DNA of 64,000 nt from Chrysomallon squamiferum (GCA_012295275.1 CM022674.1:14694001-14758000); one strand, 5' to 3'. Shown: positions 13,980-28,268, counted from the stretch's first letter. Numbers and translations: made by a program. Notes: generated from the letters alone by a model not told the origin.

Positions 13980-15398
13980 AACTGTACTAGAAATAGACAT
14001 CACAGTACTGCAGTAATGAGACTACATCAAAATCTGTTGTAATTCAATGTATACTAGAAACAGACACCACAGTACTGCAGTAATGAGACTACATCAAAAT
14101 CTCAGTTGTAATTCAGTGTATACTAGAAACAGACATCACAGTACTGCAGTAATGGTACAGTACATCAAAATCTCAGTTGTAATTCAGTGTATACTAGAAA
14201 CAGACATCACAGTACTGCAGTAATGATACAGTACATCAAAATCTCAGTTGTAATTCAATGTATACTAGAAATAGACATCACAGTACTGCAGTAATGAGAC
14301 TACATCAAAATCTCAGTTGTAACTCAGTGTATACTAGAAACAGACACCACAGTACTGCAGTAATGAGACTACATCAAAATCTCAGTTGTAACTCAATGTA
14401 TACTAGAAACAGACACCACAGTACTGCAGTAATGAGACTACATCAAAATCTCAGTTGTAATTCAGTGTATACTAGAAACAGACATCACAGTACTGCAGTA
14501 ATGAGACTACATCAAAATCTCAGTTGTAATTCAATGTATACTAGAAACAGACATCACAGTACTGCAGTAATGAGACTACATCAAAATCTCAGTTGTAACT
14601 CAATGTATACTAGAAACAGACACCACAGTACTGCAGTAATGAGACTACATCAAAATCTCAGTTGTAATTCAGTGTATACTAGAAACAGACATCACAGTAC
14701 TGCAGTAATGAGACTACATCAAAATCTCAGTTGTAATTCAATGTATACTAGAAACAGACATCACAGTACTGCAGTAATGAGACTACATCAAAATCTCAGT
14801 TGTAATTCAGTGTATACTAGAAATAGACATCACAGTACTGCAGTAATGAGACTACATCAACATCTGTTGTAATTCAATGTATACTAGAAACAGACACCAC
14901 AGTACTGCAGTAATGAGACTACATCAACATCTGTTGTAATTCAATGTATACTAGAAACAGACATCACAGTACTGCAGTAATGAGACTACATCAAAATATG
15001 TTGTAATTCAATGTATACTAGAAACAGACACCACAGTACTGCAGTAATGAGACTACATCAACATCTGTTGTAATTCAATGTATACTAGAAACAGACATCA
15101 CAGTACTGCAGTAATGAGACTACATCAAAATCTGTTGTAATTCAATGTATACTAGAAATAGACATCACAGTACTGCAGTAATGAGACTACATCAAAATCT
15201 GTTGTAATTCAGTGTATACTAGAAACAGACATCACAGTACTGCAGTAATGAGACTACATCAACATCTGTTGTAATTCAATGTATACTAGAAATAGACATC
15301 ACAGTACTGCAGTAATGAGACTACATCAAAATCTCAGTTGTAATTCAATGTATACTAGAAATAGACATCACAGTACTGGAGGCATAAGACTACATCAA
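13980..15398. repeat. 67/69-bp minisatellite, ~21 near-identical copies
   Basis: tgtatactagaaacagacatcacagtactgcagtaatgagactacatcaaaatctcagttgtaattca(a/g); accounts for the 204-aa repeat ORF. Confidence 0.97.
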
Positions 15399-16849
15399 TC
15401 TACTGTAAATATAAAGAAATTAGGCAGGTTTCTTCTCTAGTGTCACGTTTAAACAATAAAATATATATGAGTATGGAAATTTATGTGTGGAGTAAAAAGT
15501 CCCTTGCTGCCAGTTATTAAAAACTGTGTTGTTATAATTACCTCTCGGTTGTTAAATACCGGTTAACTTTTCAGTACGTTACTACTTAGAGATCCCAGGA
15601 GACTGTTACTACAGATCTTGTTTTCATCAGTCCACCTCACCTGTTTCTACCTCAATACAAAGTTTGACTACAAGATGCTGATACTGAGGTCAGTGGTGAA
15701 GATTTCATTTGTTTAGTGTGAGGCATACACTGGTGTTTCTCCCAGTATAATTAGAACTCCAGACTGGTTTGACAAATTATCTGCTCAGGTTGTTGTATCA
15801 AACGGAATACGTAAAACAAGAAAAAATAAAAAGAAGATTTGTTAAGAAATTTATTACAATCTTTGTTAGAATTTCTGACACTACACTCAGATCAAAAACC
15901 CACATTTGTAAAAATAAGAAATATACAAAACAACAATTCTAATCAACATTGATAAATAATGTATTCCTCTTTTGTCTAAATAAAAGATTAGGCCAATCAA
16001 AAAAATTTAGTTGGTGAGTGTCATTTGAGACACTATTTTACATTGATTCTGTATTCATTATTTGTCCTTGAAGATGTGTGAGCATGAGCAATCTGGTTTT
16101 ACTCACATGAAAAAGAATGATGACAATCACCAACTATATTTAAGCTTGGCCTTATATATACATGTAAGTAATGTATGTCTTTAACTAATAAAGATTAAAA
16201 TAGAAATATTAAAAAAATTCCCTCTTTAATGACACAGAATTCAAGTCTATTGCAGTATTTCTGAGGAAAACAATTTCTAAGTACAAAGGACAAACATTTT
16301 ATATAGTTCCATGTAATTATTTTACATCACTCAATCTTTGATAGTAATAAAGTAACACAATAACAAGGTTATGAAGATAGAAAAGCTGTTGCTAATAACC
16401 TAACAATAGGAAATTCAGGAAATTATTATTATTATTGTTTTTGTTTTTCTTGACATTTCCAAAAAAGAAAAAAGGAAAAAAAGAAAAACAGAATAGGAAT
16501 AATACAAAAATTTAAAAAATTTAAAAGAGAAGCCCTCTTTTCTAAGAAACTGGTGATGTCAATAATTTACTTAGTTTACATTTTCTTTGTAAGACAGACT
16601 TATTACAGTCACATGGAAGTACACCAGATATCTGTATATTCTAAGAAATTACAAAACAGAAACAATTGTTTTACTCTTCTGCATAGTCACCATCTAGGTC
16701 TTGTCATAGTATTAGGCCCCAGTCATTTAAACACACTTGAATATTATGACAAAGTATTTAACTCCTAAAAATAACTTATAATACATTTGACTCACCCCTA
16801 ATGTATTATGTTATCTAATAAACAAGACAAGAGAATATAGAACATTTAA

Positions 16850-17100
16850 TTATTAAAATTATCTTGTGTATAATGCTGTAGATTTAAACAGAGAACATTT
16901 TAACTGTTAAAATTATACTATATATAATGTAGATTAAAGAATTGTTAAAATTATGTTGTATATAATGTAGTAGATTAAACAACTTTAAATTGTTGTATAT
17001 AATGTAGATTTAACAATTGTTAAAATTATATTGTATATAATGTAAATTTAACACCTGATAAAGTTATGTTGTATGTAATGTAATACACTAAAATTATATT
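16850..17100. repeat. Degenerate ~40-bp tandem repeat
   Basis: ttgttaaaattatattgtatataatgtagattta-like units. Confidence 0.7.
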
Positions 17101-17454
17101 TTTCATACTATATTATATTTAATAAATATTATAAATGTTCTATATATAATTTTTAATTCCATTAATTCTGTGCAGCAGTTCGTTTCATGTAAAATAATTC
17201 TTTTTTTTTTTAATGTAAAAACAGTTTAGTTATTAATTCTTCTTACTAAACAAGGGCTGAAAAACAGTTTTAGAAAATTTACAGAAATCGTATTTTTAAG
17301 TAAAATACCATCGTGTTGTCGTTAGTAACTTATTTTTATTTATTTCCGTTTCTTTTAAATCCTTGAATTAACTTATGTTTTTATATTTTTTCACATTATC
17401 ACAAATTATTACAACTTAAAAATATAGTTTTGTAATAATAACAACAAAAACGAC

Positions 17455-17488
<34 letters not shown>

Positions 17489-18428
17489 TATATACATATT
17501 ACAAAAAGTGTTTTCTCAGATCTTCAGAATGGAATTCTTATTTTCTGGCCCTGATTTCAGACATGAGATATATATAACATAAGCACACCATGTAGCAAAG
17601 AACCCACCTATATACAATGATATATAAACTAATAAAGTTAGAATGTCAACAAGTTAGCTTTGTAAACAGAAAACATAGAGAAAAACAGTACATGGTAATA
17701 GAAGGTTCTGTTAAGAAAAAAATTATATATATATATATATAATCACCAAATCTGAATCAAAAAAAAAAAAAAACAACATAAATAATAAAAGAATAAAATA
17801 AATAATCAAATAATAATAATGAGAAGGTACACACTAAACAGTTTACAGTTTGATGATTGTAATGATCAGTCAGTATGTAACATTTTTACAGTTTTATTGG
17901 AATTCTCTCATGCTACACAGGAATGTTTTGTTTGCAGTAAGTAAATGTTTCTATTTTCTTAAAATATAGAACTGAAGTTTCTAACTTACTAGAAAATTTT
18001 ACAGAATTTTTGTGCTGTTACAAAATACATATTTATGTTCTTACAAATATTTTTACTGAATTAGAGTTTAATGTTCTTATATTTGCACAGAACTAGTGTT
18101 ATGTAAACTCGTTATTAAAATATTTATATAGCTTACTACAATATTTTTTATAACATTTCTCCTGAATATAAACACACAAATGTGTGTTGTGTGTTAATTA
18201 AACTGTTGTAAGCTGCAGATAAAAACGCTAACACAGATTAATGTTTAAAAACAGTAACACAGATTAATGCCTCAAAACCCAAACAGTTGTGTAAGTAAAC
18301 TGACCTTGTTGTATTTATTTACAAACAAAATACAAATTCTGTAGGTTTTGTTTAAACCTTGTCAAAAGTATGTCACTCACACAACACAAGTAGAAATGTA
18401 AAACAAAGTGTATGAAGTAAACAGTGTA

Positions 18429-18750
18429 CAGGTTGAGGATCCATTATCCAAAATTGTGAAATCCGTAAAGTTCCCTAACCAAAACCTTCCAAGCACCTGA
18501 AATACTGCTATCTTACAATTTCAGGAATGTTTTGCATATACAGACTTTATTTTAAGCATAAAATTATTTAAAACACAAATCAGAAAATCCTGTAGACCAT
18601 CTGTATAAACAGTGGATGAAATATAAAAGAATTTGTATTTAGTCTTAGATCCTATTCTCAGGCTATTTCCTTTTATTCTAAAATCTGAAAAATTCTGAAA
18701 TCCAAACACTTCCTGGTCCCAAGCATTTCAGATAAAAGATTCTCAACCTG
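18429..18750. mobile_element. Tigger/pogo MITE (Tigger4/Zombi/MER46-like), 322 bp
   Basis: TA|CAGGTTGAGGATCCATTATCC ... GATAAAAGATTCTCAACCTG|TA: terminal inverted repeats with TA target duplication (18427-28, 18751-52). Confidence 0.88.
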
Positions 18751-19271
18751 TACCAGCTAAATGAAAAAAATAACTCTAATATTACGCATACTCCAATTAG
18801 CAAACCAGATTCCACAAGGGCCATAATTGAGCCCCCAAAATATAACCAATAATTACAGTAATGTCCCTTTCTATACATTTAGATTTAAGCCACTTGAAAG
18901 CAAAGCACCAAAAACATGGAACATTGAACACAATAATGTTTACAAAAAAAAAAAAAAAAAATTTCTTTTATTTATGTTTTTTGAAATCAATTATAAATAT
19001 TCTATTTATAAAATTATCATTAAATAAAACTTTGCATTTTCACCAAAGTACCATAATAATTGCTGTTTGACAATTTTGTTTAAATATCTGAATTTATGGT
19101 ATTATAATTCAGCAAAACATGGAAGGCAAATTTTAGGGAAAACTGAAATTAAAGAAAAAAAATATACTTTTTATTTATTGTGAAGCTTTATCAAACTGAT
19201 TTTCTTTTATCAAAGTCATTTAAAAGACATTTTTCAAAAAAGCAAAAACAAATAATAACAATAATAACAAC

Positions 19272-19330
<59 letters not shown>

Positions 19331-20436
19331 CAATAACAATCATACTATATATATCTTGTAAACATGAAATAAAATTGATCACAATTTTTTTTTTTTATGA
19401 ATACATTAAAGTGGTTTAATTTATTATTATACAATCAGTTTTATTGATGAAATCAACTGCAACTTCATCATAGTTTCGTTCACTAACATGTAAATTTAAA
19501 TCAACAAATTACTAAACAAACATAACTGAGTTACCATCATACAAACAGTGTGCAGTTTAAAATGGCTGCCAATCAAAACATTAAGTACTTATATTTCACC
19601 TGTACAGTTTTTTCAAGTTTGCAGTTTTAGACACATCTGGTATCCACTTGTTAAAATCTCTTTGCTGATGGTCAACAAAAGGATATTTTTGTGGACAAAT
19701 CTAATGTTGATGATAAAATCAAACAACAAGACTATTTACATGTCTGAAGATGAACTGACTGTGTTTTGTATATTTACAGATTTATAGAAAATATAAAATT
19801 TAATTACATACATACAAACATACATATGTACATACATATATATAAATCTATGTATATGTGTGTTTGTGTGTGTGTGTTTATATATATATATATTTATAAT
19901 TATTTAAATAAAATGATAATCTTGATACTGTTTACCACATAAAACATTTTATTAATGACTTTGTTATGTTAATGAAAATGTTAGTTAACAGTTGTGTTTT
20001 TTGTATAAAAAAAAAGCAGTGTGTTTTAAAATTAACACAGTGTGAAAACACTGAGATGTGTCATTTCAGCTTCAAACCTCTTCAGCTTGTTTCACAACTT
20101 CTATCTTTTTATCTGAAAATAAACAAAGTATTTGTTAAAAACAAATTATAATCTTATTAACAACGCTAGTGCTAGGTTTAAAAGCAGAAAAAATCCCCAA
20201 ATGACAGTTAGGTGTAAAATCTAAACATTAATTTAAGAAGAGAGATGTAATTAGCAAGTAAATAAATGAATAAATAAAGTTGAATGAAATACTGATACAT
20301 ACAAACTTGTGTATAATTTAATGAAACAGTTGGATAAAACATTTTTCTGTTCTAAACTTTAAACAGCACTAAAGGAATAAAAAAAATGAATTATATTGTT
20401 TTCAGTCCTTGTCAAACATGAAATACATTGAATGTC

Positions 20437-20469
<33 letters not shown>

Positions 20470-20859
20470 GTGTCTATGTGTTTGAGAGAGATGAACAAGA
20501 ACGTATGAGATAGAAACAGAAATATAGAAACAATGAGTGAGAGAGAGAGAGAGTCACAAGAAAAAAAAGATTACAATGAAAGCTGAAGAGACAAAACCTA
20601 CTTAACATAAAATATTATCACACAACATAAAATGTCTAGAGCAAAGTGAACTTTTATTGTGCAGTATATGTACACTGGTTCATCTGCTGTTAGTTTACAA
20701 TGTTATTAAGTGAGAAGGTGAGAAATAGTCTACTGTGCTGTAGATTACAATCACCAATGACAGAATATATGAAAAAGAAGCCAAACAAAACAAAAATATT
20801 ATTTTACAACAACTTTCTTTTCCTCTTATTGCAGTTTCTGTCTGATATAATTATGTGGC

Positions 20860-20881
20860 AGACAGAGAGACAGACAGACAG

Positions 20882-20971
<90 letters not shown>
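20860..20971. repeat. (GACA)n/(GA)n microsatellite
   Basis: Direct inspection. Confidence 0.95.
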
Positions 20972-22479
20972 CTGAAGGTAAGACTGTTATTACTAATTAA
21001 TATGTCTTGAATTTTTTAGAATAATGCAAAAAATTTTTTTTCGAAGGTTCAATGAGAAATGTAACAAATAGTTTTAATTACTCTAATAACAATAACAATA
21101 GAAGAATAAAAAGTAAAACTGAAATAACAACAACATGAAATTTAACAGATTATATAATGAACAACAACAAAGTAAAATTGTTTTGAGACATGTGAAAATG
21201 TGTGTGTGTGTGTGTGTGTTATACACAAGTGTGCATTAGCATGTACAGAGCATGTGCATATGTGACTGAGACTAAAACTTACAACAAAGAAATGTTTATA
21301 AGTTAGTTATATCTATAATAAAACAGATAAAACTTTGTGTCAGTGCACATGAAAGTCATGGAAAGGTCACACAACAGTGTTGTAAATGTCCTTTTTTAGT
21401 TGTTTTATTATTTCTTTTTATTCTACAGCTGTATTTAATTCTAAAGTACTGTTAATTAACAACATTTCTAACTTTACATTCTGTGACAAGAAGAAAACAC
21501 TTTTCAGTGTAGTTTAACAGTTCACCTCACTGCGTTTAACTGCTGTGAATTTAGAACTAACACATTCTTTTACTTCTGTTAGTCTTGATTATTTTGATAC
21601 CAAACAACTGCTATACAAGACTATGGACCTTTAGTTACAGTTATTAAAACATTGCTCAACTTTGATTCTTATTTTTCTCACCAGGGATGGTCAATTATGT
21701 AATGACTCAAAGTTGCTTATTTCCAAAACTAAACAAGATAAGTGAAATCTTTTCTAGTCTTCATCTTTTGTCTTTTCTTTAGCTAAATAATAACACAGTT
21801 TAGTCCAGTGTATTAATATCCATGATTTTTCTGTGCACCATCACGTATAACACAATGTTCATAACAATAAATCACTTATCTTTCACATTGCAGTATTTTT
21901 AATAACACATTTATAAGACAAACGTACTGGAACAAAACTATCTGAATTCACTGACAAAAAGGAAAAAAAACAAACATTATTTATCAAAAACTTTCAAATT
22001 TAAAAGTATAAAAGTTGACATACAGGAAACATTTTATGGAAAAAAAAAAAAAAAAAAAATCTTTTTTTTTTTTTTTCTAAACTTCAGCTGGTGACTGTGT
22101 GTCAGTTTGCTGCGATGCTAGTCACTATTTATCAGAGAAAGATGTTAGAGAGTAAGTAAGAAAATGAGAGAGATGTACACACTGCTTTACTAAAACTTTA
22201 CATCAGATGGACTGTATGAGAAGCCAAATATCTGATGCATTATACAAGTAGATAAAAAACAAATCTAAAAAGAATAATAAAAAAAAAAAAATCTTTTGCA
22301 GAAATCAATACTTTTTTTACTCTCTGTTCTAATCTTTATCTTTTTATCTCCCTCTTTTGTTCATTTTGTCAAATTCTTCTCATTCTGTTTTTCTCTCCTT
22401 CCTTCACTCCTCACTCTTTTCTCTTTTATTCTCACTTGCTCATTATATCTCTCTTTCTTACATTTCTCTACCTGCTTAT

Positions 22480-22542
22480 ACATCTCTATCTCTCTCTGCC
22501 TCTTTCTCTAACTCAGTCTCTATCTCTCTCTCTGTTTCTCTG

Positions 22543-22597
<55 letters not shown>

Positions 22598-22606
22598 CTC
22601 TGCCCC

Positions 22607-22678
<72 letters not shown>
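22480..22678. repeat. (CT)n microsatellite with internal duplication
   Basis: Direct inspection. Confidence 0.9.
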
Positions 22679-22723
22679 TTCTGCATCAGATATGAGGTCT
22701 CTCTGTACACTCCATCCAGTCTA

Positions 22724-22830
22724 TTACTGTACAAGATGCAGACATGCTGATAATAAAAAAGTTGCCCACTGCTTGTCATCTTCTTCCTCCTCTTGCTGTT
22801 CATATTTATACTGAGTGTCTGTGTCTTCTT
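22724..22830 (-). CDS. GOLIM4: GOLIM4-like exon 15 (probable last or near-last coding exon, acidic tail)
   Basis: Acceptor aacatttcAG (22831-32); phase 1 gives EEDTDTQYKYEQQEEEEDDKQWATFLLSACLHLVQ*. Acidic C-terminus as in GOLIM4. The 3' end is uncertain; it could instead splice to a candidate acceptor near 21783. Confidence 0.6.
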
Positions 22831-23764
22831 CTGAAATGTTTGCAATCACACAAACCAGAGCCAAGTTAAAAATCTTACTTTAAGTACTAGTCAAAATCTT
22901 ATTTAGTTACAAATTAAAAACCTTATTTAACTACATGTCAAAAAGCTTATCTAACTACAAGTCAAAAATCCTATTTTACCTACAAGGTAGAATACAGAGT
23001 TAAAAATAAATGTTACTCTGTGTCATTTATGCTGCATGTACAAATACAGACATGACTGTTTAATGTGTATGTGTGTGAGATATTATGGTTGATAAACAGA
23101 AGTGTGTATAAATGTATATATCAGAACTCAATTCATGAAATGTTTAACATTTGTTTCTGTTTATAAATCTACTACAAATTAGATAAACATTCCACTATTT
23201 AAGTAAATAAAGATTAAAATTAGTGTAAGCAAGGATTGTTAGTTGTGAAACAAAAGAAAAATAAGGCAGAAATAAAATGCTAATTTTCCAGATGACCTCC
23301 CCAGAAAACACAGTGACATACATACATGTATACACATACAAACATTTACTCACACACACATACACAAACACACACCAATACATACACACATATACAAACA
23401 CACATACATACACATAGAAACATGCACAGACAAACAAAAAGACACACTATATTATGTTACAGGATTTAGACTAATTAACTAACTTTACTGAATGTTGAAA
23501 ACTGCTGTTTTCAATAAATGAGATTTACTTTTTAACCATTATTGAACTTTTTCAAGCAGGCATGCATGCACATGCATTCATTCACTCACATACTCACATC
23601 TCTCTGTATTCTAATTTTCTTTCTTTAAGGATTCTACATTAGTAATTCATTATTAGTGATAAGACTGTAATTCTGTTTTAGAAAAACAACATATTAAATG
23701 TTTCACAGTTGTGTTGGTATATCGCACAGAGAATAGAAGAGGAAACAGTTCTGTTTATACACAC

Positions 23765-23789
23765 CTTCAATCTGTACCTCTTGATTATT
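23765..23789 (-). CDS. GOLIM4: GOLIM4-like exon 14 (25-nt micro-exon)
   Basis: ttgtttttcAG|AAT AAT CAA GAG GTA CAG ATT GAA G|GTGTGT; supplies the phase 0 to 1 bridge needed between flanking exons. Confidence 0.55.
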
Positions 23790-23837
23790 CTGAAAAACAA
23801 TTATAATATATCTCTTATTAATCAGCATTATCTTTCT

Positions 23838-25075
23838 GGTATTAAACAGTATGCATGAATATATGTGATATTAAACCATATTATATGTCCGATATTAAAC
23901 AGTTTGTATGATACTTCTGATATTAAACAGTGTGTATGGTATTTCTGATATTAAACAGTATTTGATATTTCTGATATTAAACAGTATTTGATATTTCTGA
24001 TAATAAACAATGTGTATAATATTTCTGATATTAAACAGCATGTATGATAAATCTGATATTAAACAGTGTGTATGATGTATCTGATATTAAACTATGTACA
24101 CCTGATATTAAACATTATGTACATGTCTGATATTAAACAGTGCGTATGATATATCTGATATTAAACAGTGTATGATATATGATATATGTATATCTGATAT
24201 TAAACAGTGTGTATGATATATCTGATATTAAACACAGCGTGTATGATATATCTGATATTAAAACGTGTATGATGTGATATTGATGATATATCTGATATTA
24301 AAGTGTGCATGATGATATATGTAAACCTGATGATATATTGAATTAAACAGCGTGTATGATTATGTACATGTCTGATATTAAACAGAATGCATATGTCTGA
24401 TATTAAACTGTGCATGATTTATCTATTAAACAGTATGTATATCAAATATTAAACAGTATGTATGTATATCTGATATTAAACAGTATGTATGATTTATTAA
24501 ACAGTATGTATGATTTATTAAACAGTATGTATGATTTATTAAACAGTATGTATCTGATATATTAAACAATGTGTGATTTATTAAACAGTATGTATGATGA
24601 TTTATTAAACTATGTATGATATTAAACATTATGTACGTCTGATATTAAACAGAATGCATATGTCTGATATTAAACTGTGCATGATTTATCTATTAAACAG
24701 TATGTATATCAAATATTAAACAGTATGTATGTATATCTGATATTAAACTATGTATGATTTATTAAACAGTATGTATGATATATTAAACAATGTGTGATTT
24801 ATTAAACAGTATGTGTGATTTATTAAACAGTATGTGTGATTTATTAAACAGTATGTATGATTTATTAAACAGTATGTGCAATTTATTAAACAGTATGTGC
24901 AATTTATTAAACAGTATGTGCGATTTATTAAACAGTATGTATGATTTATTAAACAGTATGTGTGATTTATTAAACATATGTATGATTTATTAAACAGTAT
25001 GTATGATTTATTAAACAATATGTATGATTTATTGAACAGTATGTATGATTTATTAAACAGTATGATTTATTAAAT
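23838..25075. repeat. ~21-27-bp minisatellite filling almost the whole intron
   Basis: (tctga)tattaaacagtgtgtatga grading into tttattaaacagtatgtatga; ~140-bp higher-order duplication (about 24370-24510 and 24638-24778). Confidence 0.93.
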
Positions 25076-25092
25076 GTGTTAGTTAAACAAAC

Positions 25093-25281
25093 CTGTAGTG
25101 GACTTTCTCCCTGTCTGGGCAACATCTGTCCTTGTTGGTCAAACAGGTGGTCAGGATTCTGATCAGTGTCATCGGGGTGTTGTTGTTGTAGAAGTAATTG
25201 TTGCTGTTGTTGTTGGTAATTATCATCTGGGTCTTGTTCATCATGGTCATGCTGGATTGCGCCACCTGGTGGTTCTTGCAC
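25093..25281 (-). CDS. GOLIM4: GOLIM4-like exon 13
   Basis: tctcccttcAG acceptor, CAG|GTTTGT donor, 189 nt, phase 0-0; VQEPPGGAIQHDHDEQDPDDNYQQQ...GESPLQ. Confidence 0.8.
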
Positions 25282-25697
25282 CTGAAGGGAGATAACACAT
25301 TAAATTAGCAAAAAGTACAAGTAACAGAATAAGATTAATGACCAATAAATAAATGTAAAAACATTTCTTTATTACAGAAAAATTTAATTTTATGATAGAA
25401 ATTACATTTTGAATGAAAAGAAATTACATTTTGAATGAAAAAATATTAACTGGAATATAAAACAAAGAATTAGAATTAAGAACATTTCTAAATATGTGCT
25501 CAAGTCTAATTCATAATGAAGGTATATCAATATCAATATATATATTTATATATAAACACTCATATGAACAGAAAGCCAGAGAAAGAAAAAGAATGAGAGA
25601 AACAGAGAGACAGACAGATACTGTTACAAAAACAGTAACAATCATATGTTGATCAACAACTACAACAACAACAACAAAAAGAAGTAGAAGAGTGAAC

Positions 25698-25859
25698 CTG
25701 TAGATTGACTGGGCCCTCGTGTTGCATTCTGTTGTCATGTTCATCTGCCACATTCAACTCAGCATCTCGTTTCTCCACTTTGAGCACGTCCAAGTTCGGT
25801 TTGAAAATCTGAGCCTGCTCATCCTGACTCAAATCTGGATGAGTGTCGTCTTCATTCAG
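25698..25859 (-). CDS. GOLIM4: GOLIM4-like exon 12
   Basis: aaattttcAG acceptor, 162 nt open, LNEDDTHPDLSQDEQAQIFKPNLDVLKVEKRDAELNVADEHDNRMQHEGPVNLQ; weak donor CAG|GTTCAC. Confidence 0.75.
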
Positions 25860-26633
25860 CTGAAAATTTTAATTGGTATTTTAGAACAGGACACTGAGGT
25901 TTGGCTACTGACTCCATGGAAACGCTGGTTAAAGTGGAATCAGATTAATGTCAGTAAGAGGAATTGAGGTTTAGATCATGTGAAATATTGTCTGTCTACA
26001 CAAATTTATTCTTTAAACAAGATTTTGTAAAACAGTAAAAAAAAAAAAATAAAAATAAAAAACCAACAACAAAACATTAAGTACATAACATCTAGTTTTA
26101 TTCTATTATTTTTCTACCTCAGTGTTCAGTGATATTGTTTTGAATGTGAATTTTGATTACACTGAGATACAAAACAGTTTATGTAACATCAATTCAGATT
26201 TGTCATCTCTCAGTGTGTGAGAAAAATTAAATAAACGTCAATTACAAGTCTAGACAAAACAATTTATTATCATTATTACTTTTATTTTTATTATTATTAA
26301 TGATATTATTATATTATTATTATTATTAGCATTAGTATTATTGTTATTGTTATTTTTTAAAATTCTCAGTTCAAAATGATGCTTAAATACACCACACAGA
26401 TAAAAATACACAAACAAGCAAAATACAAATGATGCAATACACAGATTAGTAAGATGAAGAGATAAATAAAGGAAGACAGTTTTTTTTATTGTAAATCTTT
26501 ATTTGGATGAACAAGTTTCACCATGAACAGATGTAAATAATTTCTTTTCAAAACATGATTTCAATCACACACACACAAAAAAATGTCTTAAACAAACAAA
26601 AAAATAAGTAAGAAATAAAAATAAGAAAAAAAT

Positions 26634-26724
<91 letters not shown>

Positions 26725-28064
26725 GTAATAATAATAATAACAACGATAATAATAATAAATTATAAAGAACATTAATAATTTATTAAAGTAAATGTCTCAC
26801 AATAGATAATGCTGACATGACATAACAGATCAGATAATGATTTTCTGAGACAACATAAATTATTGTCAGTACTAATTGTTATAAAAACATCAACTGTCAC
26901 TTTTTTTATTACCTGAAGTCACTGTTTTGCTGATGTTAGTTAAAACAGTCATCAAAGAACACAGAGTTGTCATGTACACATTATTAAATATTATTTCACA
27001 TTTTTCTATGACAATGACATACTTTATTGACAACAAAGATTAGTTTCCATTAACAAAATGAAGACAGATTGAGAACAGATACATTTTACAATGACTAATC
27101 TACAACAACAACCGTATGATTTTCTAATAAGCAAACAATGCAACCTTTATCTCATTATACTCCCAGTTAAATCATCTATTTACATAAACCCACAAATCAC
27201 CCAATTTTCTTTTCTTAAACAAAAAAATATATTTGAGATGACCCTGCCTCTAAATAATAATGAAGTATTTTAGTTATCAAGACTTGTCTCATTACTTTTT
27301 ATCTTTATTTTTGTGTGAAAAACAAGCTATTTTATTTATGTACACATTATTATTATTATTATTATTAATAAATTACATATTACTTTTTATCTTTATTTTT
27401 GTGTGAAAAACGAGCTATTTTATTTATGTACAAAAATTATTATTATTATTATTTAATAAAACATATTATTTTTAACTGTTTATTATTATTATTATTATTT
27501 TATTTAATTATTATTATTATTATTATTATATTACATTAATATTACTATTTTGGTTATATTTTGACATTATATTTAATTTTTTTTTTTTTTTTTTACCTAC
27601 AAATATGAAGGACAATTTGTTCATTACAATAACAAAAACAATAAACAGAAAAGCCCACATAAATAAACTTATAAATTCCCCCTCAAAATGTAACAAAACA
27701 AAAATCTTCTCAGCAACAAGCCAGACAAAAATTAGAGACTACTTCGTGCTGGTGCCGACAGACAACAACTACTACAACACAAGCGTGTACGAGTTTTCTG
27801 TGGTCAAGCTAAGCTATGACAAAAGGACTATAGCACGCTGTTTGTGGTCAAGTTAAAACACAGACGTCCACCTCATTTACCCTGCAACGAAACCAGCAAA
27901 ACGTGTTAGTAGATGACCTGCCACCAACACAGTTAAAATAACACATTATCAACACAGTGTTAACACTTTCCCAACGCATTTTTTGTGTTAACCCATTAGC
28001 TACATACAATGTAAATGTCAATATTAACCTATAACCAATTCCTTTCATTAATATTAACACATTT

Positions 28065-28268
28065 TGTTAATGTTAACTTACCAACACAGTGCTAATATTA
28101 ACTTTACCAACACAGTGTGCTAATGTTAACTTTACCAACATAGTGTGCTAATGTTAACTTTACCAACAGTGTGTTAATGTTAACTTTACCAACACAGTGT
28201 GCTAATGTTAACTTTACCAACACAGTGTGTTAATGTTAACTTTACCAACAGTGTGTTAATGTTAACCC
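28065..28268. repeat. ~26-30-bp minisatellite
   Basis: aatgttaactttaccaacacagtgtgct, ~7 copies. Confidence 0.9.

Noticed and set aside
13980-15398. CRISPR-like array or 204-aa repeat protein (14258-14872)
   Set aside because: Units are contiguous with no unique spacers, context is eukaryotic with no cas genes, and the ORF exists only because 69 is a multiple of 3; it breaks in the 67-bp units.
20835-20977. Plus-strand AG...GTAAGA exon-like segment
   Set aside because: Mostly GA microsatellite, no partner exons; consistent with chance.
21754-21782. Candidate extra terminal GOLIM4 exon (xKEKTKDED*)
   Set aside because: Acceptor is plausible but no convincing phase-1 donor was found in the preceding exon; left unannotated.
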